A stretch of DNA of 63,760 nt, the filler included, from Reticulomyxa filosa (lineage: Eukaryota; Protista; Foraminifera): assembly GCA_000512085.1 (NCBI GenBank). It is 21 parts of 21 records of this genome, joined end to end, with 100 filler letters (N's around TTAATTAATTAA, not from the genome) between each part and the next. Parts side by side here need not be neighbours in the genome. Positions count along the whole stretch, not along the records: positions 4,911 to 15,486 come from ASPP01026688.1; positions 15,587 to 16,813 come from ASPP01000829.1; positions 16,914 to 19,492 come from ASPP01019713.1; positions 19,593 to 21,593 come from ASPP01019604.1; positions 21,694 to 23,039 come from ASPP01012623.1; positions 23,140 to 25,104 come from ASPP01019703.1; positions 25,205 to 29,580 come from ASPP01032923.1; 14 more parts are not named here. One strand, written 5' to 3'. The translations under genes and the position numbers were made by a program. Position 1 is the stretch's first letter. Each line of letters starts with the position of its first letter. Under the pieces are notes generated by a model, which was not told the origin of the DNA, searched no databases, and saw only the letters and a program-made list of their open reading frames with translations. This document shows positions 12,831 to 25,299 of this stretch, piece by piece.

Positions 12831-14352
12831 GCATTATTTGATTTGTTTTGATCACTTGTCTAAATTAGTTAATGTTGTTACAAAAATTAAGGCTACTTTC
12901 ATACATTTCCAAGCAATGCTATTAAAACCAGTTCTTGAGAAATACATAGTGTATGTTTAGGGACTGACCGTTAAAAAAGCGTACAACAGACCAAAAAAGA
13001 CTAATTCTGATGAATTGATGTTTTTTAGTACGTTTTTGTCTTTAACAATCGCATTGAATGGTAAAGCTCATAGTCATAAAAGAGGAGAAAGAGACTGTTA
13101 AATCATTTGCTTCTTCCTGTTTTAGAGGACGTGGAAAAAAGATTTAAGAAAATTCTCGAAAATAATGTACAAAAAATGTCTGAATTTGTACTTAACGCTT
13201 GGACCTGTCAGAAGAGCTTAAAATATCTTTCGTTAGGGTTACACTTAAGAAATGAGCTAAATATTGCCACAAGAATAAATCCAAAGACTTTTTGAGAGTA
13301 ACTTTGAAGATGATGTGAGCCAAAGAAATGGAAGCAGTGAAAATAAAACAGGATGAAAACATGTGAGGAACAGATCGAAAAAGTAGTTTTTCTAAAAAAA
13401 ACAAATTTTGAAACACATGATCGATAGTAAGAAGTGTTATGAGCATAATGCAAGGTATAAAATGCTGTATCATCAATCAAAGTACATTACAAATTAAATT
13501 GTTCACGCTGGAAAAAATACTGTGGAAGAGAGTTACGAATGATCAATACTTTAAGGAGAACAAATGAACAAAATGAAAGAATATAAAAAAAAGTAAAAAA
13601 TTAAATGAATTATCCTTGCATCTTTTCTACAAAAAACAATATTTAACTTAATTTTTAAAAAGAAATTAGTAAATACTCGTTATAATCTTAATACAGGAAC
13701 AAAATAAAAATTATTCAAAACTAGCTTTTATTGAAATGGATTTGTTTTGCTTTTAAAGATTTTTTTGTTGAAATTAAATGTCGGCAATAGGTTAGTCAGA
13801 TTCTTAGCTGTGATTGTGATATCAAGTGAAACACAATCAAATGCGAACTGCCATTTGTCTTCGATCCTGGTTCTTGATCGCATGGCTATGTTAATTATTG
13901 TAACACGCCATAAAAGAAAGGTATAAGGATCGATATATAAGATGGAAATAAAATTGAAGCTTTGCAAACAGTGCATTTGCTTTATAATGTTCTTATAATT
14001 CAAGCGATTTGAATCTTGTACATCTGACACACTGCTTTATAAAATTTCCAACAGCAACCTTTTTAAAAAAATCTGTTCATTATTTTAGGCGATGCCAGTG
14101 GGGAGTTGTTTGGATTTTATATTCTCATTTTTGCTTTAGTAATTTGTAACTTCAATAAACTATATTTTGTACGCGTGAATGAAGGAAAGAAAAAGGAACG
14201 GAAAATATCCAATCCCCAACCACATTTTAACACAAAAAAAAAAAAAAATCAGTCAAAACAACAACTAAAGTTATTATTTTCAAATGAGCGATAAAGCAAA
14301 AAACAAGTGAAAAAAAAATCAAGTAAAAGTAATCATATGAAGAAGACGTGGA

Positions 14353-15425
14353 TTAGGAATTGTGAGAAGGTCGTTTGAAGAAAAGTGAGCAGCTGTAACA
14401 AATGTACCGTATCCATAGACAAGGTTGGATACAAAACCGCTGAAACAAGCGATCATTAAATTTGAACGTCAGATAAATGCAAATCAAATTGAACACCGTG
14501 TCCAAAGGAATGAACCATCCTAACGTCCTAATCAAAGTCGAATATCCAATATAAAAGAAAATCCAAGAGGATAAGATAGAAGTGGTGGAGAGTATGGTTA
14601 TTTTTTGGATCAAGTTCCAAATATTTTGATTGCTCTCTGCGTAGGCTGATGATACTTTATATATACGCTGATAACCACCGGTCATTGTACTTACACATAT
14701 ATGGACATATATACATATATATATGTATACGTATATCATGCATGTGTGTATGCGTGAGCATTCACTTTCCAACAAAGTGAAACAAAAGAATACCCAAAGC
14801 TGGGGACGGATTGGGAAGTATGGAGTTGCGATGTCGTGAAATGTTTCCAGCGAGATTTGTTGGTAACGACTTGGGTATTTGTGTAATTTGGCAGTGGTGA
14901 GTGGTCTTGGGAAGTGTTTTGGTTCAATGGCAATAGTTCCCCCTTTTCTTTTTCCTCACTCTCGACACGGTTGGTCGGTTTATTTGCATGTGAAAGTTGC
15001 GACGTATCAATTGCATCAAGCGTCTTGGCGAGTGTGGTTAACTCGTCTGTGAACAATCCAAAAAGAACTCATAGCAATAATAATAATAATAATAATAATG
15101 AAATAGGATCCTCTTTTTTTTTTTTTAAAAAAAAAAAATACGTAACGTAGTTTATAAACAAAAAGACTACAGCAAACAATGGAAAGAATTAAATCATAAA
15201 TGCCGACCATCCACAGATATAGATTATCCATTTCCGCAAAGCAGTCCAACCCTTGATCAAAGGACGAAAGAGTGAGGACATTGTTCTTCGAAGAAAACGA
15301 CAGTCCGCAATATAAGACCGAATATGCAATGACTGCAACGCGTACACTATGCAGCAGCCAATCGGGATATCGCAAAGAGCTTCCACGCAATGCGATATCT
15401 ATACATAAAGTTTTGCATTGCACAA
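14353..15425 (-). CDS. 7TM GPCR-like protein, paralog of 10090-11613 (5'-partial, spliced)
   Basis: Exons in ORFs 15016-15423, 14736-15056 and 14353-14775. Motifs D.I.S...LFVYKL (TM5), K.TIL (TM6) and PLDTVFNLICIYLTF...D.LF...C (TM7/helix 8) are shared with the upstream gene. Confidence 0.7.
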
Positions 15426-15453
15426 TGGAAAAAAAGGGGGTAGTTTAGCATTG

Positions 15454-15486
<33 letters not shown>

Positions 15487-15666
15487 NNNNNNNNNNNNNN
15501 NNNNNNNNNNNNNNNNNNNNNNNNNNNNNNTTAATTAATTAANNNNNNNNNNNNNNNNNNNNNNNNNNNNNNNNNNNNNNNNNNNNTATTAAAATATATA
15601 AAGCAATAATTTGTTAAAAAATATTGAAATATTTTTGTTAGTAAAAAAGAGGGAAAAAATTGATTG

Positions 15667-15909
15667 TTACGTGCTCTTTGTTAGCCATGTTAAGACATCC
15701 TTTGTTTTTTCAGCGTCTTGATCAAACCATGCCAATACATCTAAAATGATCTCTTCCTTCATCTCGGAGAACGTCTGTTGAAGTTGTGTAAGCATGATGA
15801 TGAAGTTAACTGCAAAAGAAAACCCTTTTTTCGGACGCTTAAAAATGTAATTACGTAATTGATGAGCAAGAAGGTGAGAAAAAAAATGGATACCATATTG
15901 TGTGGACAT
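15667..15909 (-). CDS. Hypothetical protein start with CUE/UBA-like helical motif (3'-partial)
   Basis: LQQTFSEMKEEIILDVLAWFDQDAEKTKDVL resembles the CUE pattern L..MFP.L...VI..VL.....E.A...L. Confidence 0.4.
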   Translation of the reverse strand: MSTQYGIHFFSHLLAHQLRNYIFKRPKKGFSFAVNFIIMLTQLQQTFSEMKEEIILDVLAWFDQDAEKTKDVLTWLTKST

Positions 15910-16726
15910 TGTTGAATAGTGTTGAATAGGACAATAACAATTCTAACTATGTTTAGTTGATATTACCACAAGAAGAAAAACGTTCTAGGACTAATAAAAA
16001 TCATGTATTTTTAAATATCTTTTGTATACGAAAATTAAAGCAGATACTTTTAAGGGAGAAGGAGACAATTGCATTTTTATCAAATCGAATTCTTTCTTTG
16101 ATTAAGATGTAGAATTTTTTTTAGGAAAAAAAACATAGTTAATAGATGCACTCTTCAGAAAGATTTTATAAAAAGTTTTGCAATATACCTTGAATGCTTG
16201 TTGTAAATACAAACAAATCAAAAATTAATTTCTTTCACACGTTTTGACTGACAACACAACAGGATATTTTCTTTACTAAATTACATTTTAAAGGAAAAAC
16301 GTTTCTGATTATGAAAGTAAAAGTACATCAAATTTTTGTTCCTCCTTTTGTGTTTTTGGAAATAAATGGGACAAGGATAAAGTGCATTAAAATGTTAACA
16401 TTTTGTATTTTTGAGAAATTAGATGAGCAATGGAAAATTACTCATTTATTTTCTTTTATTCACCAAATTGCGACAAAATCATTACTGCCTTTTTCTTGAA
16501 CAAAGTTTTGCTTAAATACTTTTTCATACAAAGTTTATATTTATTAAATAAAAAAATTTTTCATTGAGCTTAAAAAAAAAAAGTGAAAAGAATCTTTTTC
16601 ATCATCTTTGCATCGTCAAAGATCATCTCAAGATACTTTAGCATAGTAATGAAAGTTTAGTTTAAGTTGTTTTTTTTACATTTTTCTTCTTATTGTTTTT
16701 ATCATTTTGCTTTATGATTAAAACAG

Positions 16727-16813
16727 TCAAAAGAAGAAGAGATCAAAATCATTATCAATCATTGGATTAGGACATTAAACATTAAATTAGGATGGATCAA
16801 AGATTTTGATAAA
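16727..16813 (+). CDS. Exon fragment carrying the W-x-R...KLGWI motif
   Basis: After a pyrimidine tract and CAG the frame reads SKEEEIKIIINHWIRTLNIKLGWIKDFDK to the contig end. It is homologous to the exon at 21449-21553. Confidence 0.65.
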
Positions 16814-17837
16814 NNNNNNNNNNNNNNNNNNNNNNNNNNNNNNNNNNNNNNNNNNNNTTAATTAATTAANNNNNNNNNNNNNNNNNNNNNNNNNNNNNNN
16901 NNNNNNNNNNNNNAGAAAAAGTTATTCAAAATTTTTTGAATTCGACGGCGGAACATCGTCAAAAGAACGAGCTAGGATGTTAGCCGATGATTGGAACGTT
17001 TGTGGATGATTCGTTTTTTTATTTCTTCGAAAACGTGAGTTTATTTTCGGACTTGATATCATAAACTCGCGACCTTTTTTTCTCCAAGACTGCCGAGTTT
17101 TATTACATGCCCATTTCGGCACTGGATAGTACGCGAGGCAAGGCAGGGGCTCCGCGATACATTCGTGAACTGGTAGCATGCTGTTATATTGCCTTTATTG
17201 TTGAAGTTGTCTGCAGTTCCCTTTTTTTTTTGATGTGTTCAAGTTCAATTTTAACCTATTTTTTTTCTTTTGCTAATTTTATGTGCAGTAATACAATTAT
17301 TCGACTGTTTATATGCTGTATATAATTTTTTTGCTAATAATTTTCATTTTGCGATAGAGATTAGCTATAGCATTTTATTGAGTTTCTAATAAGTTTCCAA
17401 GTAAATTGTAAAAAAGATAGGATTAAAAAAAATTCACGATGCGTTTTGATTTATGTTTAATTATTAAATTTAATTAATGAACGGATGAACAGCCATAAAA
17501 AAGGCCACACAAAAAGAAAAATCTTGTGAGTTTGCGAGCATGCTTTCATGTCAATGGGGCATTATATTTCCTAATCCATTTATCCACTTGTTTGTCTACC
17601 AATTAATTAAATCAAATGCAACCAATTTTACTTAGAATTGTAACGTGTTACTATAACGTATAATAAAGAAATTAAAATTAAATAAACTGTTTATTAGTTG
17701 TCCAATATTTTTTAATGTTTTTATTTAACATTCCTAGTTAAAAAAAAAAAAAATTGGAGAAAAGTAAAAACATAAAAAGAAAACAAAGTAGTAACTTGCA
17801 AAATTCAATTTTTTCAAAGGATATTTTGCGAACGGAC

Positions 17838-19450
17838 TTATGTGTGGTCATGACCTCCAAGGAGCCTCAGTCCTCTAACGTGGTAAAGGTCGGACGCACG
17901 TTGGAGTCGTTCTTTGGAATTGTTTTTTTGTTTCATTGTTTCATGATCATGTTTTCCAGCCAATTGCCAATAATTCCAAAAAGACAACTTTTCAGTTGTA
18001 TCCTTTCTCCGAATAAACCTTTGAACATAAATTGTGCAAAGTGTAAGCATGAACGAGTGGAAAAACAAAATCAAATAAACAAATACATACCAATGATACA
18101 AAATGGAAATAGCGACAGCGCTAATGCCAAATAAAAATGGCCAAATAATAGGATTGATGTTTGTGGCGGGACGACATAAGTCTTCCTGTTTTTGAGGTTT
18201 GTATGTTGGAGCGCTATTGCCAAATTTACGGGTCAGTCGCCAGGACACATAACTCATGACCGTAAGTGTAGATATAGGCACAACGAGTTTGAGTGTGTAT
18301 TTTTTCCAAATTTGCAGGGTCGACAATGGAATATAATGCCCCCGATTTTCCAAGTATTTCATCAAATCTGTCATAAACTGTGGATATTGTTCTTTGCGTC
18401 CATTTCAATACAGAATGTCACCACACACGTCATATTGTTTGCAAATGCGTTTCAGCTTGTGCTTGTCTTTTTCTTCCTTTTCTTCAACAACTTGTCTCCA
18501 CAAGCTCGTCGTCGATGCGATCGTGGCGAGCGCCAGTGTAATCGATGGCAGTACATCTTTGGACACAAATATGGGGATCAAAGGGATTTGCGCATTTTGA
18601 TATAGCTGAAACAGCACTTTGACATTTTCCTCACAATCTCTACCACTTCCAAACTCGTCTTTATTGTGGCTCCAACTTGAAGTCGGAGGAGCTCCGTCTG
18701 CTGACCACCCTTTTTCTGTTTTGTGCTCTTGTTCATTGACACTGCTGCCATTTACGTGCAAGTAAAGCACTGCGTCATACTTTTCGAATTCCTTTATACG
18801 TGCAAATGCGATAATATGCACACACACACCAAAATGATAATAATTTGTATTATTATTATGTTTATAGAAAAAGTAAAAAACTTCAACTTGCTGCAATTTC
18901 TGTCCAAAATGAACGTCATTTTGCTGATGAAATAAGAACCAGAGATTGGTCGGACAGTTTTTCAATTTGAATGTGAATGAATCGATTACATTGCAGTTGT
19001 TCGTCATTATTGGCAAGCGAATGCAATCTTTTTTGGAAGGATATACAACAGACTGGTCTGAATTGGACAGACTGCCGTGGCTGCTTTGCTTATCAATGAG
19101 CTTTAAAAAAAGTCTTTGAGTTAACCAAGTTTGTGTGTGCTCGACACACAATTCGTTATCATTATCGTTGGCATCGTCTTGGACGTTGTGCATTGACTCT
19201 ACATGTTCCATTGTGTCTGAGTCCATCTCAAACTCCATTTCATTTTGATGTTCCGAAATCGGTGAAAGGTCCGAGGAAACCCGTGAGCTACACAGCATGC
19301 GAAGAGTTTTATAAAAATCAAAGGATTGAATATTATCGAATATATACATATATACATATATAATGATATGAACAAATGAAAATAAAACTGAAGATTAGTT
19401 GACTGGGATTGAAATTTGGATTGGGATTGATATTGAGATTGCAATTGGGA
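17838..19450 (-). CDS. Hypothetical protein with C-terminal hydrophobic segments (5'-partial, spliced/frameshifted)
   Basis: Chained ORFs 19199, 18405 and 17838 with TA-repeat introns; no family recognised. Confidence 0.5.
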
Positions 19451-19592
19451 TTGCGATTGACAAAAAGAAGATTTCCAGCGAGAGAATTTATTNNNNNNNN
19501 NNNNNNNNNNNNNNNNNNNNNNNNNNNNNNNNNNNNTTAATTAATTAANNNNNNNNNNNNNNNNNNNNNNNNNNNNNNNNNNNNNNNNNNNN

Positions 19593-21553
19593 ATAAGTCA
19601 TGTAAGTACTTCTGATGATATTCAAGTTGCACAAATTTATAGAAGTCATCAAGGATGTATTTTACATTTTCATCCTTCTATGAGAAGGGCAATTGGAATA
19701 TTGAGTTGTGATGTATCATGGATATCTCCATTCAAACATGAACGCGAAATTTTGTTTGCAAGGTCAACGATATATTCTAATAAAGATGAGAAAACATATA
19801 AAGAAGAGTATGCATGGAATGCAAGAGTAGAAGATGAAGATGAATATACACAAATGATATTATTGACATGGGCAAGATATGATCAGTCTATACGACAAAC
19901 TTTGGAAATTGATGCGATATTATATCGTCCTATTGATTTTAATATTATTTATGCTGCACTTGAAAGTTGTAATGAAAAAGATATAAATAAAGCAATAGCG
20001 TTGCTATCTGAATTTGAAGAATGGAAATTAAGAGGTAATAATGTACAAAAATACAAAAAAGAAATGTGTGAATTTCTAAAAAGGCGTTGCTGCAATCATA
20101 ATGTCAACTTATTTTATATGTTTATCGAAAAAAGATCTCTGAAGAGACAACATGCCATGGAAAAATCAACATTGTCTACAGTTAATAATGGTTTGCCTTT
20201 TGTTGAAAAAGATAATAATATACCCTTTTCTATTTTACCTTCTTTACCAATTCCACTTTATCAAAGTCAATGTGTGACACATAATTACGAAATATTAATG
20301 TTTGGTGATTATTGTAATAACGAATGTTATTCATATCACACAATTAAACGTAAATATAAACGTATTTGTTCTTATCCGGATAATGTTAAATTAAATGGGC
20401 ATTGTGTAATAAAACTTATGACAAATAATAATAATAATAATGCATGTGATATCACCTTATTATCTTTTGGTGGATATCCAAAGCATACATTAATCATGAA
20501 ATATATAAGTGTTTGGAGTGATATAGACAATCTTCAAAATAAATACAAAGAAAATCATATCAATGAGTGGATACCCTTTTTCGGTGACAACAATGAACCT
20601 GTTTCTATTGGCAGAGATAAAGATGATTATTTAGGATCGCGTGCAGTAATTAGTGGCAGTAATAAACATTTATTATTTATTTCATATTTTCCAAATAACA
20701 TTAGTGTATTCAATTTAAATACATTTCGATATGTGAAACATAGTGTTTTACCTACAAATGATAATGACAGAATAAGATATCATTGTTTTGTATCGAAAAA
20801 ACCATCAAAAAAGAATACAAATCAAAACATACATGAAATGATGTTATTTCACAAAAATACTGGATTATCCATTGAATATGATGAAAATTACAACATTTTT
20901 CAATTTTATGGCGTACGAGTTTGTACAACTATGAAATCATTTTGTTGTTACGGGTTTGTTTATGCTAATGGTTCAATTTTTTTTTTGGTGGGTATGACGG
21001 AAAAAAAAACGCTTCAAGAATAATTCATCGATATTTAATTGCAAAAGATCAATGGGTAAAGTTTGAATCAATTTTACTTATGCCATTGAATTGTTGTACT
21101 GCAACATTAAGTAGAGATAATAAATATGTACATGTTATTGGTGGCTACGATGAACAGGAGACCCTTTCCACGCATTTGAAAATAACATTGCGAAAGTGGA
21201 CAATTGAAACAAAAACAGAAATAGAATGGATAAAGAGAGAAGAAGAAAGTAGATATACGGAAGAAATAGAAAAAGAAAAAAAAGAAATTGAAATGATGAA
21301 TGAAGAATTAAGTATAATGGAACGAGAACGACTTGATATACGAAAATTTAAAGTTAGGATATTTTTGTATTATTCAATTATTTTTTAATTTTTTTTTATC
21401 CACTGTAATAATAAACTAAAATAAATATAAAAAAAAAAAAAAAAAAAGAGAACAAAAGAAATTTCAATAATAACGAATTATTGGACTCGTTCATATTCAG
21501 TCAAGATGGGATGGATTGATGAATTTAATGCTATTATTGCAAGACATATTCTG
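19593..21553 (+). CDS. Mono-ADP-ribosyltransferase (R-S-E clade) - Kelch-like propeller fusion (partial at both ends)
   Basis: Frame is open from the contig edge: HVSTSDDIQVA (STS 19605-19613)...DVSWISPFKHEREILF (ExE 19740-19748). Kelch-like blades follow (ILMFGD, LLSFGG, FFGGYD across a poly-T frameshift near 20980, HVIGGYD), then a Glu/Lys coiled coil, an intron and exon 21449-21553. Confidence 0.8.
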
Positions 21554-21693
21554 GTATGTTATAATTTGTGTTTGTAATGTATTAAAAATAAATNNNNNNN
21601 NNNNNNNNNNNNNNNNNNNNNNNNNNNNNNNNNNNNNTTAATTAATTAANNNNNNNNNNNNNNNNNNNNNNNNNNNNNNNNNNNNNNNNNNNN

Positions 21694-21735
21694 GCGCTGA
21701 AGGCGATCGAGGCGGCGCTGGCGGGCGCGGCATGA
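21694..21735 (+). CDS. 3' end of a bacterial gene, possibly the alanyl-tRNA synthetase C-terminus
   Basis: ALKAIEAALAGAA*, with an ATGA overlap into the next gene. It resembles the last helix of alphaproteobacterial AlaRS, but only 13 aa are visible. Confidence 0.35.
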   Translation, partial: ALKAIEAALAGAA

Positions 21736-22076
21736 AGCTCGCGGTCGCCCTCGTCATGGCCGCGACGGCGATTTCGGCCTGCGCGCCCAAGGATTTCTCG
21801 AAGGAAGGCAGCAACGCCGAGCAGTTCACGGCGGACGAAGCGCAGTGCCGCACGCAGGTCCGCGCAAGGGCCCAGCAGGAGCGCAACATCGATGACCAGC
21901 GGCGAGCGACCTTCGCGGCCGAGCGCGAGCGCTACGGCCAGCAGGGGCTCTACACCGACATGGCCAACCAGGGTTACAAGTACAATTTCGAGCGCATGAT
22001 GGCGAGTTGCATGGAAGCGCGTGGCTGGGCGCCCAAGCAGAACGGGCCCATCCCCATGCCGAAGCTCACCTGGTGA
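21732..22076 (+). CDS. Bacterial lipoprotein
   Basis: MKLAVALVMAATAISAC signal peptide with lipobox; Cys pair (QCR...SCMEARGW); strongly GC3-biased codons. Confidence 0.85.
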   Translation: MKLAVALVMAATAISACAPKDFSKEGSNAEQFTADEAQCRTQVRARAQQERNIDDQRRATFAAERERYGQQGLYTDMANQGYKYNFERMMASCMEARGWAPKQNGPIPMPKLTW

Positions 22077-22077
22077 C

Positions 22078-22367
22078 ATGAACGCGCTGACCGTTTTTCT
22101 TCTCTATCTGGCCGCCGGCGCTGCGACTTTTCCCCTCACCATCATGCTGGTGCGCGGTGTCGTGTCGGTGACGGCGCCGTCGCGTGCCACGCCCGCCTTT
22201 CACCGGCGGCTGGACAGCGCCACGAGCTGGTCGATCACCGTCTGGATTCTGGGCGTGCTCGTCTTCTATGCGACCGCCGTCCTGATGGAGCGGCAGAAGC
22301 CCTGCGGGGAACAGCGGACCAACCAGCTCACCTACGAGTGCAAGAAATCCTGGGCACCATCAAGTAG
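22078..22367 (+). CDS. Small bacterial 2-TM membrane protein (probable 1-nt frameshift near 22345)
   Basis: ATG lies 1 nt after the lipoprotein stop; two hydrophobic segments; restoring one A gives ...YECKKILGTIK* ending at 22367. Confidence 0.7.
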
Positions 22368-23039
22368 AATGGCGGCGCCTCGACAGCGCCGTCCACAGGC
22401 TGCGCGCCGCGAACTCCACGAGGGTGCCGAACAGGACCAGGATGAAGGCGTTCGCCGGCACCGCATATAGTTGGCTGGGCAGCGCCAGGATCGCCTGAGC
22501 GAGGAAGAGGCCGAGAAACGCGAGCGACACGGCCTCGATCGGCAGACCCTGCGGAAAGCCCACCCGCCGCCACAGGCCCAGCCAGGTTGCCGCCAGCAGG
22601 TGCACCAGACCGATCGCCAGGACGATCCCGAAGGGCGGGCCGGGCTGCATCGTCGGCGCGGCGAGCAACTGCAGGGCCTTCACCACGTAGATGCGCGCGA
22701 CTTCGACCGGGTCTTCGACGATGCGTGCGAGGTAGAGCTTCCACATCATGCGAAAGTACTCGGGCGAGCAGTAGATGACCCCGGCCCGGCTGGCCAGGTC
22801 CGCGCCATACTCGTCGTCGTAGCGGATGCCCCACTTGTTCTCGACGAATCCGAGGCCGAGATAGAGCGTGTGCGACAGGCCGTGCGTCTGCAGGCGCTGG
22901 GCGGGCGCCATGGGAAAGGCCGCATCGCGCGCCATCGTGGCCCATTTCGGAGCAAGCAGCGCGCCCGTCGCGAGAACGCCGATGAGCACCAGGCGAGGCA
23001 GGAGACGAGCCTGTCGCGGCCGCTGCAGGGCCGCCACCG
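22360..23039 (-). CDS. Bacterial multi-pass membrane protein (5'-partial)
   Basis: 225-aa GC3-rich ORF with several TM segments and a periplasmic-type loop HGLSHTLYLGLGFVENKWGIRYDD; convergent with the upstream operon. Confidence 0.75.
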
Positions 23040-23449
23040 NNNNNNNNNNNNNNNNNNNNNNNNNNNNNNNNNNNNNNNNNNNNTTAATTAATTAANNNNN
23101 NNNNNNNNNNNNNNNNNNNNNNNNNNNNNNNNNNNNNNNTTTTTCATTTTTCATTTTTTATTTCTTATTTTTATTTTTTTATTTTGTGCGTGGATAGAGG
23201 GGGACCAGTGGCACGATCATTTCTGGACGGGGGAACCTATGTACAAAACACAAAACATTTTTATATGTATGCATAAAAAAAAAAGACATAAATAAGACAA
23301 ACCTTTTTTTCTCCTTTAGGAGACGGGGGTGGTTTCTACCCCTTCTTCTTCTTTTTTATTTTTCTAATCACATTTGGGGGGGAATTCTATTGTGATAAAC
23401 ACACAACATATAGTTACAGATTGCACATAAACAAAAAAAAAGATTTTAC

Positions 23450-24900
23450 CTTCTATGGTGCACAATATTGTAATCCATCACTCGCATTGCGTGGCCACAA
23501 CGATAAGTGATGGAATTCAATTTCATTTGCGGCTTCTCCAATTCGTACAATCATTTGCGCCGCTTTGTTTAAATCTCCAAGTTCCATACGAACACTATAC
23601 ACAAGTCAAAGCCAAGAGAAAATGTCTGTATCGCAGAGACAAAAAAAAAGAAAAGAAAGATAACTTGGAAGCAGGGCATAGTCGACGTAGATTGGATGTC
23701 AATGGAATTATTTGTAGGCATGCACAGTATTATTGATCGCGAATATATAATTGTCTTGTTGGAGCTGGAGCAATGTGTGAAGCCAAGTGAGTCGGTTGGT
23801 GCCCACAGTCATGCGGATGTTGCATTGACGGCATAGATGCAACTGGACGCCGCTTATTCACGACTTGTACCAGCGGCTCACTTTTCAATACCATCAAATC
23901 ATTACGTATATATTGATAACCTGTATGATTTATACAATTTTTTGTTTGTTTGCTTTTTTTTAAAAAATAAAAAAAAAAAAAACTTAACATTGTAGAATGT
24001 GATAACACTGCAACATAGCCGGCGAAATTGTGCAAATCGATTATAAGAATTCGGCAGCGATACGTTGGGATGACAAATGTGCTGCGACTGTAGACAGTTT
24101 TGCAATCAATTGTTCCGGGTACCACATCAACACGAGCGCAGAACTCAGCTGCAAACACAGTGCTTGAATGCCCTACTCATTCCTGATTGTTGGCACCGTC
24201 TGCGTATTTCATTCGATGGTGGGTCATCAACATTTCCACTTCGCCATTTGTAAGTACACTATTGTTTTTATTATTATTTTTTTAAATCATTTTGAATCAA
24301 ATTCCTTATATGTGCAATCCATAATACCCTTATTACCTCTGATATACGTAACGTACACTTTTTTTTTATGAACATTTTTTTTTTCACATTTGATCTTTTA
24401 GTCAATGTTATTTACCTGCATAATGTCGATTTGAAGGCCAATTTACAAAACGTTGAGGAGATTGTCGATGTAAACGGGAACATATTTATAGAAGGCGTTT
24501 TGTTATGTGGGCTATTCTTTGTATTGACCGGAGCTTGTTGGTGAATACGCATACTTTCGTTATTTGATAGTACGGACTCCTTATTGAAAATGTTCATCAA
24601 CAATACAATTATCAGGCCATTGACTTGCGAATATTGTGCAAGTTTCCATGTTATCAATTCTACACGTAGCTGATAGAATTGTTCATTGATGTCGCAAATA
24701 TATTTATATTGGCGTGGTGGTCCAAACGTTTTTGTCCGTTCAAAGTTGAACTGCACATTTTCATTTTTTGCACTTGGCACCACCATGAACACATTTAATA
24801 AATGTGGAAGCACCAACGCCAAGGTGGATTTCGCGCTGCTCCAACAACTAAAAGTCTTCGTTCAATATTTTCTACTTAGTTTGTCCCCTCAGAAGAACAC
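23450..24900 (-). pseudogene. Disrupted hypothetical gene
   Basis: Coding-like blocks separated by homopolymer introns; no continuous frame can be built. Confidence 0.35.
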
Positions 24901-25204
24901 CAAACGAGAAATAAAGCCACGTTAAGAAAAAACAAAAAAGTTTGTGGCAAATCATTTGCAGCAATGCCGAGAATTGGAAAAATGTGATTTATTACACTTT
25001 GTTTTATATACATTTGCAATAGTAAACGCAGAAAAAAAGTTGACGTTTTTCTCATTTCAAATTCTTTTCAAACTAATCTCAGTCTGCTCAAATAAAAAGG
25101 CTAANNNNNNNNNNNNNNNNNNNNNNNNNNNNNNNNNNNNNNNNNNNNTTAATTAATTAANNNNNNNNNNNNNNNNNNNNNNNNNNNNNNNNNNNNNNNN
25201 NNNN

Positions 25205-25242
25205 GCATTTTAGGTGTCAACTTTCTTTTTTATCTTACTGTA
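25205..25242. mobile_element. Tc1/mariner-like terminal repeat end plus TA
   Basis: GCATTTTAGGTGTCAACTTTCTTTTTTATCTTACTG-TA is nearly identical to 56460-56496; the reverse complement starts TA-CAGT. Confidence 0.55.
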
Positions 25243-25299
25243 TAAAAATATAAATAAATAAAAAAATAAAAAAAATAAAAATAATAAAATTATTGAAAT

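Noticed and set aside
13100-13560. Coding-like fragments here and at 1900-2300 and 37200-38000
   Set aside because: Probably decayed genes, but no motif could be recognised, so no call was made.
21593-21694. Horizontal transfer of bacterial genes next to the ART-Kelch gene
   Set aside because: The two are separated by an artificial linker; there is no physical linkage.
22328-23091. Arg/Pro-rich overlapping ORFs in the GC-rich contig
   Set aside because: Shadow frames expected at high GC; the GC3-biased frames are the ones annotated.
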